DNA of 63,663 nt, filler included, from Octopus bimaculoides (GCF_001194135.2; 4 parts of 4 records of this genome joined end to end with filler, not necessarily neighbours in it), one strand, 5' to 3'. Shown: positions 36,536 to 49,499, counted from the first letter of the whole stretch. A program made the numbers and translations. The notes: generated by a model not told the origin, from the letters alone.

Positions 36536-38824
36536 AGAATCTTCCGATCGTCAGACAAAATGATAACATAATTTCTTTCAATTCTTTACGTTCTCATTTC
36601 AAATTCCATCGAAGGACGACTTTTCCCTTTTATTACTTCAGAATCAATACATACAATAAAGTACCAGTCATGTACTGAGGTCGATGGCGTTTAAAATTGC
36701 TCCTTAAAATTGCTGGCTTAGCATCGACATTTAAAAAATTATTGAAGACACTAATGTCCTGTTTCTAGCAGCTACAACAATCACATAAAGGATCATCATC
36801 ATGATCATGTGTATGATGATGATGATGATGATGCTGATGCTGCTGATGATGATGATGATGTTGAGGAATACGATGCTGTTAAGGATAATGGTGATGATGA
36901 TATAGATAAATCATATCGGTGATCATAAAACTAATGATCAACTAGTTGATAATATACATGATGTTAGACGAGCACTTTCCTTCCCATTCCCCCTCCTTTT
37001 CAAACATACACACAAATTCTCTCACACACATACATAGAAACACAGACCCACACACACACACATACATAGAAACACAGACCCACACACACACACATACATA
37101 CATACATACATACATAACATACCATAAAACATATCGCTGTGAACATATTCGTTCGTAACTCTGATTAGACGTTTAAGTAAAACAAACAACTAGACAAATA
37201 AACAAGCAAAGAAATAAAGAACATCTCCCAATAAAAAAATTAGCGGTATCCCACACCATCTCCACATTAACGCCATCTGGGAAACAAATATTAAAATAAA
37301 AAAAGCGAGCGAATCGGAGACACACTAAAAAAAAATACTCCTCTTCGAATTATATATTAAACAACAGCACATATTATATACACACGTGTGTACACACATG
37401 CATAGAAATGCATACGTTCTTACAAACACATATAAACGTACACACACTCATGTATATCTATATACACACCAGCCTTTACACACACAAGCACACATATATA
37501 TACACACACATATATATACACGCGTGCGCACACACACACACATATATTTATACATACGCATATGTATTTTGTGAGTCTGTATGTCCCCAAAAAATTTTGT
37601 AGTCGTGTATGTATAAGCATACATATATATACAAACACACGAATACATACATGTATACATAAGCGCGTACAAAAAAAGGTATACACTGAAACATAAAACC
37701 AAACTCAACTATACATACCTACGTGCAAAATATTTTTATATATACATACATGCATACATAAATGTGTCCCTTTGTATGCATATAAATAAATATGCATATA
37801 TATGTATGCATATAAATAAATGAAAATTGTTATATAGCTATATATATATATATTATACATTTTGGTGTGTATATCTGCATACATATTGATTTAAATGTAT
37901 ATTCACCCTATCATCGACTCACATACGCACACATTCTCACACACACACATATGCATATTCTCACATACATATACACAGATGCACATACACATACACGTAT
38001 AAAATGTTTGTTCGTTAAGCCTGGAGGTGATAAATCAGTCAGAGAGAAAATATATACAGCAGATAAAAATAAAATAAAATAAAATAGAATAAAGAATAAC
38101 AAACAAACAGGAACTTTCTCTGTAACGACCAGAAATACATGTATAAAAACCATGTGATAGAAAAAAAAACAAAATACATACCACATCAAAATTACTATAA
38201 GGACAAAGAAAATGAAAATGAAAAAGAAACACAAAAAAGCCAAACAAACAAAAAACAGGAAAATATATACAAAACATCATAGCATACGACTAATGTAATT
38301 TGGAAATTTATTTGCCCACATAAAAATTGCTAACCACATGAAATCAATAGTCACATTGTATAGACAGGTGCATTGATCGGAGCTTTGGTCGTGAAAGAGA
38401 CAGACTTGTGTGAGTTGAGTTATTTGTGATTGGGGTTTTTATTTTTTTGATATTAAGAAAAAGATATTCTCTGTCTCTTTCTGTCTGTCTCTCTCTCTGT
38501 GTCTCACTCTCTCTTTCTCTTATTCTCTTAAGAATGTTAATTTCTTGACTGAAATTAACTGAAAAATAAACAGTAACCATTGAGTGAATATCACCATGAC
38601 GACAACAGAATTAAGGGAGCAACATATGTAGTAGTAGTTGTAGTAGCAGCAGCAGCAGCAGCAATAGTTGTAGTGGTAGCAAAACTTGCACCATCACTAT
38701 ACCTACTACCACCTTCACACAACTACCACCATCACTACCTCCGATACTACTAACTCGACGATGACCAGCACCAGCAGATCCACCACCACCACCACCACCA
38801 CCACCATCAACATCACCAATAATA

Positions 38825-39043
38825 TAATTGGTTTTTAGATTATGGAACCAGGCTAGAAGTTTTCCGTGAAATGGGGAGTTGTTTACAACGACCCCAGTAC
38901 CCGGCTAGTACTTATTTTATCGAACCAGAAAGGATCAAAGGCAAAATCTACCACGACGGCATTTGAACTCAGAATGCAAAGATTTGTGAAATGCCGTTAA
39001 CTATGTTGTCCGGCGCGTTAACGATTCAGCCAGCTCGCTGCCT
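38825..39043 (-). mobile_element. SINE family B copy
   Basis: Reverse complement begins aaggcagcgagctggctgaatcgttaacgcgccggac and has the B box and central domain. Confidence 0.85.
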
Positions 39044-39624
39044 TATCACAAATATAAAAATGAGTTATTCTATTTGGCACAGGGATGTTCGACGAGCGGT
39101 ATATTATAAGGATAAGTTAAAATTTGTGTATGTGTATGTGGGATGGGAATGAGCGGGAGAATGAGAAATACGATAAAAGTATACATAGTATACAAAATAT
39201 GTGAATATATAGATAGTGCAACCCTCCTAATAGAGAGGATCTTACATCTAGGCCCAGTCAAAAAAAAACAAATATGCACGACCACATTGGCTACAATGGG
39301 CACAGGCTTTCCCTCGACTGCGTTGCTCTTCAGTCTACACAGGTAAATGCTTAAAGTAGTTTCATTCACACTAACCACTTTTTCTGCAGCTACCCAGCAT
39401 TTGATAACTTGAGTGAAGGAGAGCACTTCTTTCTGCATCTTTGCTTTCTTTCACTAGTGAAAGTGGAACTGCTGAAACACTGTACGTCCCTAACAGATAT
39501 TGATATATTATCTCCAGACGAATACCGAGAGTTAATTTGCCTTTCTGCGATGTATTTGCACAAATTGCGATACACATATGCCCATTTTAAGTTAATACTG
39601 TTTCTGTTTCATATATATATATAT

Positions 39625-39822
39625 ATAGGAGAATTCACGAAAAATAAAAAAAACAACAGACAAAGACAGGTGGTGTAAACAACAAATGGATGTATTAGTA
39701 TAACGCTCGGGAATAGAGAAAGTCTTTAACGTTTCGAGCCTACGCTCTTCAACAGAAAGGAACACAGAAAGAAACAAGGAGAGAAAAAAATATATGTGTA
39801 GTGGTCAGCGATCTATCATGGC

Positions 39823-39825
<3 letters not shown>
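39625..39825 (-). mobile_element. Penelope pLTR-like non-coding repeat between (TA)n tracts, containing a hammerhead-like motif
   Basis: Contains the motif at 39724-39759; sequence related to 27090-27230 (caacag...gtattag...acgct...aatag..aaag). Confidence 0.55.
39724..39759 (-). ncRNA. Minimal hammerhead-like motif (A6U)
   Basis: Reverse complement cttt-CUGUUGA-a-gagc(gtag)gctc-GAAAC-GU-U-aaag; stems I (4 bp), II (4 bp plus tetraloop) and zero-loop palindromic III are all perfect. Confidence 0.6.
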
Positions 39826-39859
<34 letters not shown>

Positions 39860-39878
39860 TATTTATATAAAATAGTAT

Positions 39879-40395
39879 ACATTTAAACACAAGAGAAGCT
39901 ACCTTTAACAGGCGGCTTTACACGCTAGAATGTATACTATTTTATATTGAGAATATGTTGTCTATTGACTTTTTTTATACATCCTAGGCCACTGGTAGTA
40001 AAATTTCTAAAAAACTTGCTACCCTATATATTTTACGTATATGAATTTAGCATTTTTAGAAGATTAGTTCGGCATTTTTTCATTTGTTGCCGATTGAAAC
40101 TGCGCGTGCGCGGTGAATTTGAAAAATTATAACATATAATGATGAGACACGTGTTATTTGTCTCTAAATTATATGTTAATGTTATGGCGCCGTCACTGAT
40201 GAGAATTTCGCCTAGCAAATTATTTTATTTACTAAATAAAATTCGAAATCTATGTATGACCGTAAAAAATAGGGTAAAAGTTTTTATTTTTCATTCCCTT
40301 CGAAATTGCTCTTAAATGTGGTTTTGGTCGTTTTGACTGCTTTTTCTAGCGTGTAAAGCTACCTGTTTAAGGCAGCTTCACTTGTGTTTAAATGT
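39879..40395. mobile_element. Foldback/MITE of about 520 bp with roughly 52-bp TIRs and nested internal inverted repeats
   Basis: acatttaaacacaagagaagctacctttaacaggcggctttacacgctagaa / ttctagcgtgtaaagctacctgtttaaggcagcttcacttgtgtttaaatgt; inner accctatatattttacg / cgtaaaaaatagggt; centre aacatataat..gagaca..tgtctc..attatatgtt. Confidence 0.88.
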
Positions 40396-41369
40396 GTGTT
40401 TTTAAATGACTTATAAACACCTTCCACGCTGCAATTGTTTTTCTTTCAGCATACGATCTCAGATCAGGCCACTTGCTATGCAAGTACATCTCCGATATAT
40501 ATATATATATATATATATANNNNNNNNNNNNNNNNNNNNNNNNNNNNNNNNNNNNNNNNNNNNNNNNNNNNNNNNNNNNNNNNNNNNNNNNNNNNNNNNN
40601 NNNNNNNNNNNNNNNNNNNNNNNNNNNNNNNNNNNNNNNNNNNNNNNNNNNNNNNNNNNNNNNNNNNNNNNNNNNNNNNNNNNNNNNNNNNNNNNNNNNN
40701 NNNNNNNNNNNNNNNNNNNNNNNNNNNNNNNNNNNNNNNNNNNNNNNNNNNNNNNNNNNNNNNNNNNNNNNNNNNNNNNNNNNNNNNNNNNNNNNNNNNN
40801 NNNNNNNNNNNNNNNNNNNNNNNNNNNNNNNNNNNNNNNNNNNNNNNNNNNNNNNNNNNNNNNNNNNNNNNNNNNNNNNNNNNNNNNNNNNNNNNNNNNN
40901 NNNNNNNNNNNNNNNNNNNNNNNNNNNNNNNNNNNNNNNNNNNNNNNNNNNNNNNNNNNNNNNNNNNNNNNNNNNNNNNNNNNNNNNNNNNNNNNNNNNN
41001 NNNNNNNNNNNNNNNNNNNNNNNNNNNNNNNNNNNNNNNNNNNNNNNNNNNNNNNNNNNNNNNNNNNNNNNNNNNNNNNNNNNNNNNNNNNNNNNNNNNN
41101 NNNNNNNNNNNNNNNNNNNNNNNNNNNNNNNNNNNNNNNNNNNNNNNNNNNNNNNNNNNNNNNNNNNNNNNNNNNNNNNNNNNNNNNNNNNNNNNNNNNN
41201 NNNNNNNNNNNNNNNNNNNNNNNNNNNNNNNNNNNNNNNNNNNNNNNNNNNNNNNNNNNNNNNNNNNNNNNNNNNNNNNNNNNNNNNNNNNNNNNNNNNN
41301 NNNNNNNNNNNNNNNNNNNNNNNNNNNNNNNNNNNNNNNNNNNNNNNNNNNNNNNNNNNNNNNNNNNNN

Positions 41370-41765
41370 GTTTCGGAAAATAATTTTGCCTTTGTGAGGA
41401 TCTTTTTCAGTGATTTTGGTTGTTTGTGGCTTTTGATGATTTTGTGTGTGCGTAAAATTTCCTTTAATTTGGGGTCCTTATGTAGCATTGGTATGTTTTC
41501 GGTGATGATGGTGAAGGCTCCTTTGTTTCTGGGGTTGTATGTAGATATGTACGGCAGTATTTTCGGGGAATGTGTGTTGCTGTGTTTAACTTTTCTTAAG
41601 TTTTCTATGTTAATTTGTGATGCACGTCTGATTCCATCCTATATGAGTTGAACTGGGTAGTGTCTGTCAATTAGTGTGTTTTTGAGTTCTTGTAGTCTGT
41701 AGTCCCTAGTATTTTCTTCTGACACTATTGTGCATATCTTTCTTGCAAGGTTGAAGGCGATGTTT
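41370..41765 (-). mobile_element. Penelope-like element RT C-terminal/linker fragment (different clade from 6880), runs into a gap
   Basis: One frame with one stop: NIAFNLARKICTIVSEENTRDYRLQELKNTLIDRHYPVQLI*DGIRRA...LPYISTYNP...KQPKSLKKILTKAKLF. Confidence 0.8.
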
Positions 41766-42194
41766 TATTCTTCTATTCTTTTATCTGTTTCAGTCATTTG
41801 ACTGCAGCCATGCTCGAACACCGCCTTTAGTCGAACAAATCGACCCCAGGACTTATTCTTTGTAAGCCTAGTGCTTATTCTATCTGTCCCTTTTGCCGAA
41901 TCGCTAAGTTACGGGGACGTAAACACACCAACATCGGTTGTCAAGCGATGTTGGGAGTACAAACATACACACACGCATATATGTACGACGGGCTTCCTTC
42001 AGTTTCCGTCTACCAAATCCACTCACAAGGGTTTGGTCGGCCCGAGGCTATAGTAGAAGACCCTTGCCCTAGGTGCCAGGTAGTGGGAATGAATCACTTC
42101 AAAGCCTGGTACTTATTCTATCGGTTTCTTCTCGCGATCTACTAAGTTACGGAACGTAAACGCACCAACACTGGTTGACAACTGGTGGAGGAGG

Positions 42195-42225
<31 letters not shown>

Positions 42226-42865
42226 CTCTCTCTCTCTCCCTCTCTCNNNNNNNNNNNNNNNNNNNNNNNNNNNNNNNNNNNNNNNNNNNNNNNNNNNNNN
42301 NNNNNNNNNNNNNNNNNNNNNNNNNNNNNNNNNNNNNNNNNNNNNNNNNNNNNNNNNNNNNNNNNNNNNNNNNNNNNNNNNNNNNNNNNNNNNNNNNNNN
42401 NNNNNNNNNNNNNNNNNNNNNNNNNNNNNNNNNNNNNNNNNNNNNNNNNNNNNNNNNNNNNNNNNNNNNNNNNNNNNNNNNNNNNNNNNNNNNNNNNNNN
42501 NNNNNNNNNNNNNNNNNNNNNNNNNNNNNNNNNNNNNNNNNNNNNNNNNNNNNNNNNNNNNNNNNNNNNNNNNNNNNNNNNNNNNNNNNNNNNNNNNNNN
42601 NNNNNNNNNNNNNNNNNNNNNNNNNNNNNNNNNNNNNNNNNNNNNNNNNNNNNNNNNNNNNNNNNNNCACACACACACACACATACACACACACACATAC
42701 ACACACACACGACAGTCTTCTTTCAGTTTCTGTCAACCAAATCCGCTCACAAACTTTCGTCAGCCCGTGACTATATAGTAAATGACACTTGCCCAAGATG
42801 TCACGCAGTGATACTGAACCCGGAACCATGTGGTGGAGAAGCAAGCTTCTTACCACACAACCTGT
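41765..42865 (-). mobile_element. Two adjacent SINE family C copies; the second has a gap in its internal microsatellite
   Basis: Tail at 41765-41830, internal (CA) tracts, CORE-like segments at 42040-42075 and 42770-42810, head ending about 42865. Confidence 0.85.
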
Positions 42866-43384
42866 TCTGTTAGAGTCAAGGTAGGACGCATGTTGTGATG
42901 ATGACGTCTACTAATGCAGAAACGAGTGCAGAATTGTTTTCTTTCCTTCAGACAGTGAAACTGTGTTTTCAGAAATGGTGAGTAAATTTTCGAACATTCT
43001 TCATACTTGAGATTTTTTATCACCCTTCTCCATTTTATGTTGGCTCCAATTGCCACGGGGCTATTGTTTTACTCTCTCTGGAAATGGAGATAATTTCAAT
43101 AAATCAAGAATTTATTCTATATGTTATTTAATAAGCACGCATACATACGCACGCACATACACGCACACACGTACACACATACACACACATGCATACACGT
43201 GTGTGTGTACAATTACAATATCATATATACATACAAGCAAACGTGTATACATACATAAATACATACATACACACGTACACACCGACATATTTATAAATTG
43301 AGAATTTTACACACGCGTTAACATGCTTTAGGGAAAAGAACAATTTGATCTTTGTTTCAGAGATGCGAGTGTGTGTGTGTGTGT

Positions 43385-43430
<46 letters not shown>

Positions 43431-44266
43431 ATATACCTACGCACACACACGCAACCACACACACATGTACGTACTTACATGCATACATGCATACCTACCT
43501 ACCTACCTACATACATACATACATACATATGCACATACATACATACGTACATATATGCATACATACATACATATACATGCATTTACATATATGTACATTT
43601 ATACATATTTACATGTATGTGCGTGTATACATAAAAACAAACATGCACGCATACATACATACATGCATACATACATACATGTATACATACATACATACAT
43701 ACATACATACAGGCAGACAGACAGACATATATGTATATATATATATACACGCACACACACATATATATATATATACATATATATAAATTGATAATTTCAC
43801 AGTTCAATTAACAGGCTTCAGGAAAAAGAACAATCTGAGCATTGTCCGGAGACAAGGTACGTCTATGTACGAGTATAGTGGGTTTGTGTNNNNNNNNNNN
43901 NNNNNNNNNNNNNNNNNNNNNNNNNNNNNNNNNNNNNNNNNNNNNNNNNNNNNNNNNNNNNNNNNNNNNNNNNNNNNNNNNNNNNNNNNNNNNNNNNNNN
44001 NNNNNNNNNNNNNNNNNNNNNNNNNNNNNNNNNNNNNNNNNNNNNNNNNNNNNNNNNNNNNNNNNNNNNNNNNNNNNNNNNNNNNNNNNNNNNNNNNNNN
44101 NNNNNNNNNNNNNNNNNNNNNNNNNNNNNNNNNNNNNNNNNNNNNNNNNNNNNNNNNNNNNNNNNNNNNNNNNNNNNNNNNNNNNNNNNNNNNNNNNNNN
44201 NNNNNNNNNNNNNNNNNNNNNNNNNNNNNNNNNNNNNNNNNNNNNNNNNNNNNNNNNNNNNNNNNN

Positions 44267-44307
<41 letters not shown>

Positions 44308-44394
44308 TTAGTCTTTTATTCGTTTCAGCCATGCAGCTCCGGTCATGCGGAGCACCACCATGTTTTAAATTACATATGAAAAGTAACGGCTCCA

Positions 44395-44995
44395 GAACAG
44401 TTTCTTAGGGGACACCATTTAGGATTTGAGTTTCGTCAGAAAGGGCACCATTGGCTGCAACAACCTGACTTCTCTCTTTACCAGCAATGTCAATGTCCTG
44501 TAGCTTATGACTTATTATGCTATGATCTACCTTATCAAATGCCTTTGCGAAGTCAAGGTATATCATGCTAACATCTGAATGGTCAAGCAGCTCTTTCAAA
44601 ACTCAGTCATAGTATTGTAGGAGCTGTGCGAGGCACCTTCTTCCTGGACGGAAGCCATGCTTTTTATTGTTCAGTAGGTCATTTTCTCATAGGAACATTA
44701 TAAACTTCTCTCTTATGATTCGCTCCATGACTTTACTGATATGTGGAGTCAGAGAGATTGGCCTGTAGCTTTTGGCCTCAGCTCTGCTTCCGCCGTTGTG
44801 GATAGGGCATATAATGCCTTCTTTCAGCTGTTTAGGAAGTATATTACTTGCAAGGAAACTTTGGAAAAGTATCTGAAGTGATTTCGCTAAAGTCTGTTTA
44901 CATGACTTAAGGAGAATAGCTGGGAAGCCACCAGGATCAGATGCGGAGCATGAGCTCATTTCACTTATGGCTGCTGTTACACGCTTCCTCAATGA
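44395..44995 (-). mobile_element. CR1/L2-like LINE reverse transcriptase fragment
   Basis: SASDPGGFPAILLKSCK...PIHNGGSRAEAKSYRPISLTPHISKVMERII...HGFRPGR.CL.QLL...IYLDFAKAFDKVDH...NGVP. Confidence 0.9.
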
Positions 44996-45169
44996 TGATG
45001 TAATCGATGGCTGGAGCCTATTTTTTCTAGAGTTTTAATATCAAAGAATTCAGAACGTAAAGACTGACGAAATACCACTGAGCATTTCGCCAGGCGTACT
45101 AACGTTTATGCCAGCTCGCCGCCTTTGAACTCAATAATAATAATAATCATTATCTTTTAACTAAATTAT

Positions 45170-45320
45170 CGGACTACCATTATGTTAGGACACCACTTTG
45201 AAAGATATTAGTCGAACAAATCAAACACGAGGTTTATTATTTGTAAGTTTGGTCCTTATTTCATTGGTCTCTTTTGCCGTAAACAAAGCAACACTGGTTG
45301 TTACGTGGTGGAGTGGTGGA

Positions 45321-45379
<59 letters not shown>

Positions 45380-45440
45380 ACATGGCGTTGGTCAACTCGG
45401 AGCTATAGCAGAAAGTACTTGCTCAAGATGCCGCACTCGT
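45170..45440 (-). mobile_element. SINE family C fragment with internal (CA)n
   Basis: Tail-side sequence, (ac)n, then ggagctatagcagaaagtacttgctcaagatgccgc. Confidence 0.7.
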
Positions 45441-45711
45441 CAGCATTACATTGTTGCTGTTGTTTATGGATTTGAAACTTTCCACTCAATGCTACTGACT
45501 GATTTACATGACCAACGTACATCTTGGTCGACTGGTCTTTGAGCAACTAATATGTGTGAATATCTGTGTGTGTGTGTGTGTATTCGTTCGCATACATACA
45601 CTCACACAAACACACACACGCACACATACACATGATTTTGCTATGGCATCGCCATACTAATGAGTACTAACAAACTGTTGTTAGTACTCATCAATATACT
45701 TGTGCATTATT

Positions 45712-45905
45712 AAGGCGGCGAGCTGGCAGAAACGTTAGCACGCCAGACGAAATGCTTAGCGGTAGTTCAAATTCCGCCGAGGTCGACTTTGCTTTTCATC
45801 CTTTCGGGGTCTATAAATTAAGTACCATTTGCGTACTGACGTCGATCTAATCGACTGGCTCCCTCCTCCAAAATTTCGGACCTTGTGCCAAGAGTAGAAA
45901 AGAAT
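45712..45905 (+). mobile_element. SINE family B with an 18-bp imperfect TSD
   Basis: aatatacttgtgcattat (45693-45710) / aatatacttacgcattat (45903-45920). Confidence 0.88.
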
Positions 45906-46314
45906 ATACTTACGCATTATATTGAAGCGTCAGGAGAATACAGAATATCGATTAAGGTAAAACAATTAAGGTAATATCAGTTAAGGTAAGACAAAGGAAC
46001 AGGAGTTACGTAATGACTTTCATTAACCTACAACCGTTTCTGCCGTAATAAGCTTCCACAGAGGTGAGTGCACGTACGACAATTAATAACTTTATCGGAG
46101 CCATTTAAATGAAGTCTATGTTTATTGCGGAAAACATTTAAATAAACTGAGTTGATTATATGTAGAACTATATGACTACATACATACGTGTATATATACA
46201 TACATACATACATATATATATGTATATGTACATATATATGATATGTATATGTATTAATATGTGGCGTTACACGTATGCGTCTGTGAGGCACACATACACA
46301 CAGAAAAGTAGAGA

Positions 46315-46353
<39 letters not shown>

Positions 46354-46750
46354 AGACAGTATAAGTGAGTGTGCATGTCAAAATGATAAATGAGTGTAGA
46401 AAATAAACTGGTAGATTACCATAATGATATGATTAGGAGAAAGGCGAGAAAGAGACGGATTATAGCTGTGAGGCAGAGCAGGACGCGATAGAGATGGTTG
46501 AGGTGCTTGAGGAAGGTAGGAGTGTCTGTAGGGGTGATGGCTGAGGTGGTGGTTGCCGTCAAAGAATATAAAAATGGGAAGGGAGAAATACATAGGAACA
46601 CTGAAGGCAATGTTTGACGAATAGGCTGTTTTGATGTCACATGAAGCATTACGTCTCTTACAACTAATGCAAGAATGTATATACTTCCACACAGGAACAC
46701 ACTCTCTATATATATATCTGTATACACATGCACAAATATATACGCATGTA

Positions 46751-46815
<65 letters not shown>

Positions 46816-47699
46816 GTCTATCTACTTCTTTCCACGGCTAAACCTAAACTGTCCTCCCCTCTTTTTACACAAGAACATTACTGTGTGATACACGATCCCT
46901 ATTGATCTCTTTTTTTTTTCTCTCGATTCCTTTTGATCGAACTCCCCTTTTTCCCTTCCTACGATCCCTTTTGATCGACACACACCCTTTTTTTTTTCCT
47001 TCCCCCTCCCAAAAAGAAAAGCTCTACNNNNNNNNNNTTTTTTTCCTTCCCCCTCCCAAAAAGAAAAGCTCTACATTGTATTTGTCCCATCTTCGTTGAG
47101 CCCTGTGTGGCTAATAAAAGAAATGTATCTACGTATATATTTACATTCATATATACATTTATATACAGCTATGTTTACATATACATACATCATGTGTGTA
47201 TGTGTGTATGTGTGTGTGTGTGCGTGCGTGTGCGAGTATGCGTGCACGTATATGTGTGTGATCAGTGATTGTAGGCTAAAAAACCCTGTAGTACCTTTGA
47301 TGTTAGCATGAGCTCCCACAACTCGGTCTAATAAGTCTCTATATCAAACAGGTCTAATAAGTCTCTATATCATACGTCAACTAAAAACTAAGTTTCCTTA
47401 TTTCATGTGGTTTTTATCGTGACGATGGCTTCTTAGCTTTAGATAACATTAAACACCCAAATTACAGATGAAAATGGAATAGAACTGAATATATTTTTTA
47501 AGGACCCGAAGCTTTGGATTAGTATAAGATTAGCTCATTTGAAAATTTAAAAATTTTTCTAAGGCTTTAAATCTAAATCTTACATTTCTTGATCCCCTAC
47601 AAAAGAAGCAATGAAACTTTATACTATTTTCTCAGAATAAATCATTGGTATACGTATTGGTTTTGAAACATTTGTGTAATCGTTTGACGCTATATTATG

Positions 47700-47767
<68 letters not shown>

Positions 47768-48953
47768 CCTACCTACCTACCTGCCTGCCTGCCTGCCTGC
47801 CNNNNNNNNNNNNNNNNNNNNNNNNNNNNNNNNNNNNNNNNNNNNNNNNNNNNNNNNNNNNNNNNNNNNNNNNNNNNNNNNNNNNNNNNNNNNNNNNNNN
47901 NNNNNNNNNNNNNNNNNNNNNNNNNNNNNNNNNNNNNNNNNNNNNNNNNNNNNNNNNNNNNNNNNNNNNNNNNNNNNNNNNNNNNNNNNNNNNNNNNNNN
48001 NNNNNNNNNNNNNNNNNNNNNNNNNNNNNNNNNNNNNNNNNNNNNNNNNNNNNNNNNNNNNNNNNNNNNNNNNNNNNNNNNNNNNNNNNNNNNNNNNNNN
48101 NNNNNNNNNNNNNNNNNNNNNTATATATATATATATATGCGCACTCGTGCACACACGTGTGTGTGAAAATACGTATATGTTCATATATATGTATGCGCGT
48201 TTGTAATTGAACGTACATAGGGGTATGAATTCATGTGTAAGTGCGTGTATAGATGGATAGAGTGACATGCGAATGCACACACACGCACACACACGCACAC
48301 ACACACACACATAAACACACACACTTGTGAACAGATAACCAGACGGTAATAATTGACCGTACCGTAGCAACTAAAAGAGACGAAGGAACAATAAAGCAAT
48401 AAACTATGACGAGCAATGTTTCATACATACATTTATACATAAACACACACTTATACAGCACATATACACAATTGTTGGCAATTTATCCTCACAACACGTT
48501 ATATTTTATATAATTAACACGCTACCAGCGAATGTACTGCAATGCAAGTGAGCGAAAACGAGGCCTGTATGTCGATTTAATTTTTAATAATATTCTCTCT
48601 CTCTCTCTCTCTCTCTCTTTCGCTTCCTTGCTTTCTTTCTCTCCCTTGAGATTGACACTGTTGATAAACAAACGGTGACGGGATGAAACTAGTCGAATCA
48701 TTCTTTGGTCTATTCTGAAGAGAAATTCCTTGTTTAATCAAAGGTATGTTTACAGAGCGATGTTTACAAAAAGCTTCGCTGGTAGACATATGTACTGTTC
48801 ATCTACAAATACACATCTAGTCTCGATACCTGAGCTTATTTAATAAAACTTACATATAAATATATACATATCTCATTACACATATACAAGCATATATTTA
48901 TTCATTCATGTACGTACACACACGCACACACACAGACACACAGACACAGACAG

Positions 48954-48984
<31 letters not shown>

Positions 48985-49079
48985 TACACACACACATACA
49001 CGTACACATATAACACATATTCAATGTACGCCAGTATAAATACACACACACACACACACACATATATACGTATATATAC

Positions 49080-49136
<57 letters not shown>

Positions 49137-49236
49137 NNNNNNNNNNNNNNNNNNNNNNNNNNNNNNNNNNNNNNNNNNNNTTAATTAATTAANNNNNNNN
49201 NNNNNNNNNNNNNNNNNNNNNNNNNNNNNNNNNNNN
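49137..49236. other. Artificial scaffold spacer N44-TTAATTAATTAA-N44
   Basis: As at 19356. Confidence 0.95.
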
Positions 49237-49270
<34 letters not shown>

Positions 49271-49289
49271 TCACATCTATATATGTAAT

Positions 49290-49480
49290 TGGTACTCCAT
49301 TGGTTATGATGATGAGGTTTCCAGTTGATCCAATCAATGGAAGAGCCTGCTCATGAAATTAATGTGTAAGTGGCTGAGCACTCTACAGGAATGCATACCC
49401 TTAATATAGTTCTGAGGAAGATTCAGCATGACACAAAATGTGACAAGATGGCCCTTTGAAATACAGGTGCTACTCATTTT
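49290..49480 (-). mobile_element. Old SINE family A 3' part, CpG-decayed
   Basis: Aligns to 10395-10570 with CG to TG/CA at essentially every CpG. Confidence 0.88.
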
Positions 49481-49499
49481 TGCCAACTGTATGTAATAT

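Noticed and set aside
39250-39600. Possible two-exon structure (cag|gtaaat, ctgcag|) or cadherin-like VSVNETT on the minus strand
   Set aside because: The intron would be only 46 nt and the peptides have no convincing homology; KYARPH…AQA looks more like a very decayed CR1-type LINE, too weak to call.
45660-45691. Perfect 13-bp hairpin atgagtactaaca…tgttagtactcat
   Set aside because: Isolated and short, with no supporting context.
46987-47076. Exact duplication of about 40 bp (tttttttccttcccctcccaaaaagaaaagctctac)
   Set aside because: Same 10-N gap artefact.
48655-48695. ttgataa…gaaactagtc hammerhead-like string
   Set aside because: Neither stem I nor stem II pairs; it may be a SINE B remnant.
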